Source: Candidatus Latescibacterota bacterium
Lineage (GTDB): Bacteria; Latescibacterota; UBA2968; UBA8231
Direction of reading: 5' to 3'
Length of the DNA: 64,000 bases
Assembly: GCA_965197905.1 (NCBI GenBank)
Contig: CBDAOB010000005.1
Coordinates: 1,408,001 to 1,472,000, forward strand
Both the position numbers and the translations under genes were made by a program. The notes below the pieces were generated by a model. The model was not told where the DNA came from, did not search any database, and saw only the letters and a program-made list of their open reading frames with translations. Shown here in pieces: positions 61,689-64,000 of the stretch (its first letter is position 1; each line of letters opens with the position of its first letter).

Positions 61689-61988
61689 CACTTAACCTGA
61701 TCCTTCCCTGCTTGGTAGCCATCTCGGCGCGGATGCGTTGTTGCATGTACCAGGCGGTCTTCTGGTTCAGGTTCAGATCACGCGCTAACTGGCAACTGGA
61801 CAGGCTTTTCTTGGCGTTCACGATCAACGCGATGGCGCACTTAACCTGATCCTTCCCTGCTTGGTAGCCATCTCGGCGCGGATGCGTTGTTGCATGTACC
61901 AGGCGGTCTTCTGGTTCAGGTTCAGATCACGCGCTAACTGGCAACTGGACAGGCTTTTCTTGGCGTTCACGATCAACGCGATGGCGCA
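61689..61988. repeat. 149-bp perfect tandem duplication inside the IS1595 transposase
   Basis: CACTTAACCTGATCC...GATGGCGCA at 61689 and again at 61838. Confidence 0.92.
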
Positions 61989-62304
61989 GAACCACTTCTG
62001 CAAGGGAAGATGCGTCCCCTGAAACATCGTCTTGGACAAGACATTGAAGCTGGATTTGCAGGCGTGACAGTTCCAGCGCCCGATTACATTCCCTTGCTTC
62101 TTGCGGGCGCACTCCCCGACCGTGCCGCACAAGGGACAAAAGGGCTCATCCCCGAAGCGGACCTGCTCCAGATGAGCAATACAGGATTCCTGCGTCGGGA
62201 ATCTTTCTGTCACGGTTATCAAATTCATTCTCCACCCCTTATTGGTTGTTTTTCTTACACTTAAGATAACCAATAAGGGAGCGGATGTCAAGTCTTAAAA
62301 TACC
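61689..62304 (-). mobile_element. Truncated IS1595-family element (transposase N-terminus 61824-62228)
   Basis: CPLCG..CHAC zinc ribbon, T.LPLQKWF, SSCQLARDL...QKTAW.M..RIR; end motif GGTATTTTAAGACTTGACA at 62304-62286; DDE domain and second end missing. Confidence 0.8.
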
Positions 62305-63381
62305 AATTGCGTTTCGTTTTGCCTTGAGATTTCTTGACGGTAGAGCTTTGGCAGCGCGAGGTGGTATTCTTCGCCGTTTCTTGTTTTATGCAGATTTTTC
62401 GGATCGAGATCCAGCGTGTCGGGTTGCACGTACGCGCCGCGCAACAGATAGTACAGGAGGCGACTGTGCTTGATTAACAGGGGGAAATCGCTGACGAAAA
62501 CACCAGGCGACGTCCGAAAGTCGTTGAGGAAGAATCCCAGGACGACGACATCCGGCTCCAAATCCAATCCCGTCTCGATCAATATGGCCAACTCTTCTTT
62601 CAGACTGATACCACTGACCCCCGTATTGATCGTCTCCCAGTCGAGTCCCTCGCCACGTGCTCTTGTCTCAATGAGACGCACAAAAGTGTCTTTTTCGTGT
62701 AGGTAGTCTCCAAGCGTAACAGAATCGCCGAGGAAGAGCAGGCGTGTGCCCTGCTTTGGTCCGATTTCCCTGTTGCGATATCCGAGGCTATTGGTCACGA
62801 GCTCGATCTCCCTTCCCCCGCCAGTTCTGTGGTTTTCTATCACCATGTTTAGATTGGCACGAATACGCCGACCGGTTGGGGTGAGAATATATGAATAGCC
62901 TCGCGCCTCCTCTGGGCTTTTTGATACCTTTATGAGAAACCGTTCGCTGTTCTCCAGCTCCCGACGCATGTGCGCATTGACCGCTTTGCGAATACGCACC
63001 GTCTGAGGTGGCGGCATGAGCCAGCGCGTCACGCCTTCAGCTGCCGCCAGGCTCAAAAGACTACTCACCAAAAGCAGAGCAATCTTGGACCATTTCTCTT
63101 TCATATTCAGCTGCTATTCCAGCTGACTCGAGGTCTTGGGGGACTCACGATTCTCTTTGAGAATAAGAAATGGCCGTCCACTTTGCTCCACAGAGATGTT
63201 TTTCCCTCAAGACGGCCCTGTTTCTTCCTCATGGTCACGATCTGCACGCATTCACCGGTTAGAGACAGGTCCATTGCCTTACTTTAGAAAGTGAAGTTCT
63301 AAACAGAGTTGACCAGGGCTACGCCGATTGACCTGCTGGCCGACGCGAACATTCCCGCGACCACGCCTCGCGCCGAAAGGC

Positions 63382-64000
63382 TCACTGGAACAACGCGGCC
63401 TCGATGGTTAGCCCCGGTCCGAACCCCAGCGCCACGCACGGCATGCGGGCCCCCGAGTCCAGTAATTGCTCCAGGATGAACGCCAGAGTGGCCGATGACA
63501 TGTTCCCATGATCTCCGAGGACCTGGCGTGAGACGACAGTCGACTCCGGAGTCAGACCCAGTGCGTTCTCGGCGGCATCTAGAATCCTCGGCCCGCCGGG
63601 ATGAATCGCCCAGGTGGAGACATCACCCCGCGTGAGACCCGACTCGGCGAGCCAAGGGTCCACGTAGGTTGAAAGGTTTGCTTCGATGAGATCCGGGATC
63701 TGCGCCGAGATAGTCATCTGGAACCCATGATCGCCGATGCGCCAAGTCATGGCATCGGCCGAATCTGGCAGCAGGAAAGAGCCGCCGCGCGTCATCGTCC
63801 ACTCGTCGGCTCCCCCGTCCGACCCGGCGGCGAAACGTGCCACGAGGGCGCCCGCGCCATCGGCGAACAGAGAATTCGAGACGATCCGGTCGGCATCCCA
63901 ACCATACTGGAAGTGCAGGGAGCACAGCTCGATCGAGGTCACCAGGATTCGGGCCTCTAGATCTGACCGGGCGATCGCGGCGGAGACGCGCAGCGCATTC
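63382..64000 (-). CDS. Type III polyketide synthase (chalcone synthase-like), 5'-partial
   Basis: ELCSLH, LFADGA, AIHPGGPRIL, GNMSSAT, GFGPGLTIE. Confidence 0.92.
   Translation of the reverse strand, partial: NALRVSAAIARSDLEARILVTSIELCSLHFQYGWDADRIVSNSLFADGAGALVARFAAGSDGGADEWTMTRGGSFLLPDSADAMTWRIGDHGFQMTISAQIPDLIEANLSTYVDPWLAESGLTRGDVSTWAIHPGGPRILDAAENALGLTPESTVVSRQVLGDHGNMSSATLAFILEQLLDSGARMPCVALGFGPGLTIEAALFQ

Larger units (their letters stand above)
61154..63104 (-). pseudogene. SGNH/GDSL hydrolase-like membrane-anchored protein split by an IS1595 remnant
   Basis: N-part (62305-63104) has TM, FLGDS, NTGVSG, FFLND; C-part (61154-61465) has YLDLLP..FYDHAHQTPAGN (DxxH). Confidence 0.75.

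Noticed and set aside
61689..61988. 149-bp repeat as a DGR template/variable repeat pair
   Set aside because: Copies appear identical and adjacent, with no adenine-specific differences and no reverse transcriptase in the window.
1..64000. CRISPR array or cas genes
   Set aside because: No regularly spaced direct repeats with unique spacers and no Cas motifs seen.

Overview
Bacterial chromosomal window with three parts. (1) 1-29.5 kb: intact host genes, including a radical SAM/SPASM protein, GT2, a DUF342/FapA-like protein, a USP-EIIA fusion, M20 amidohydrolase, class IV aminotransferase, aldehyde dehydrogenase, Na+/solute symporter, iscU-sodA-peroxiredoxin, a KamA-like radical SAM, rny, dxr, a QueD-like gene, a FadN-like gene, a FliG-C/FecR fusion and a sigma-70 factor, ending in tRNA-Asn(GTT) at 29442-29517. 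(2) ~29.5-58.8 kb: a decaying composite island. It holds a DUF2924/large serine recombinase module, fragments of several restriction and defence genes, a LexA-like relic, a P4-type tyrosine integrase, an intact candidate HEPN gene, a ThiF(E1-like)/DUF6527 pair and a P4-type primase fragment. It also holds an HK97-type head and packaging module with no tail genes (capsid-forming-satellite-like), a GGCT/HTH/AlbA_2 block, a scrambled SNF2 helicase start, and a Qat anti-phage operon with intact qatBCD and a 5'-truncated qatA. (3) 59-64 kb: host genes again (response regulator, a second sigma-70 paralog, an SGNH hydrolase split by an IS1595 remnant with a 149-bp tandem duplication, and a partial type III PKS). 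All family calls come from motif recognition by eye; no database searches were run.
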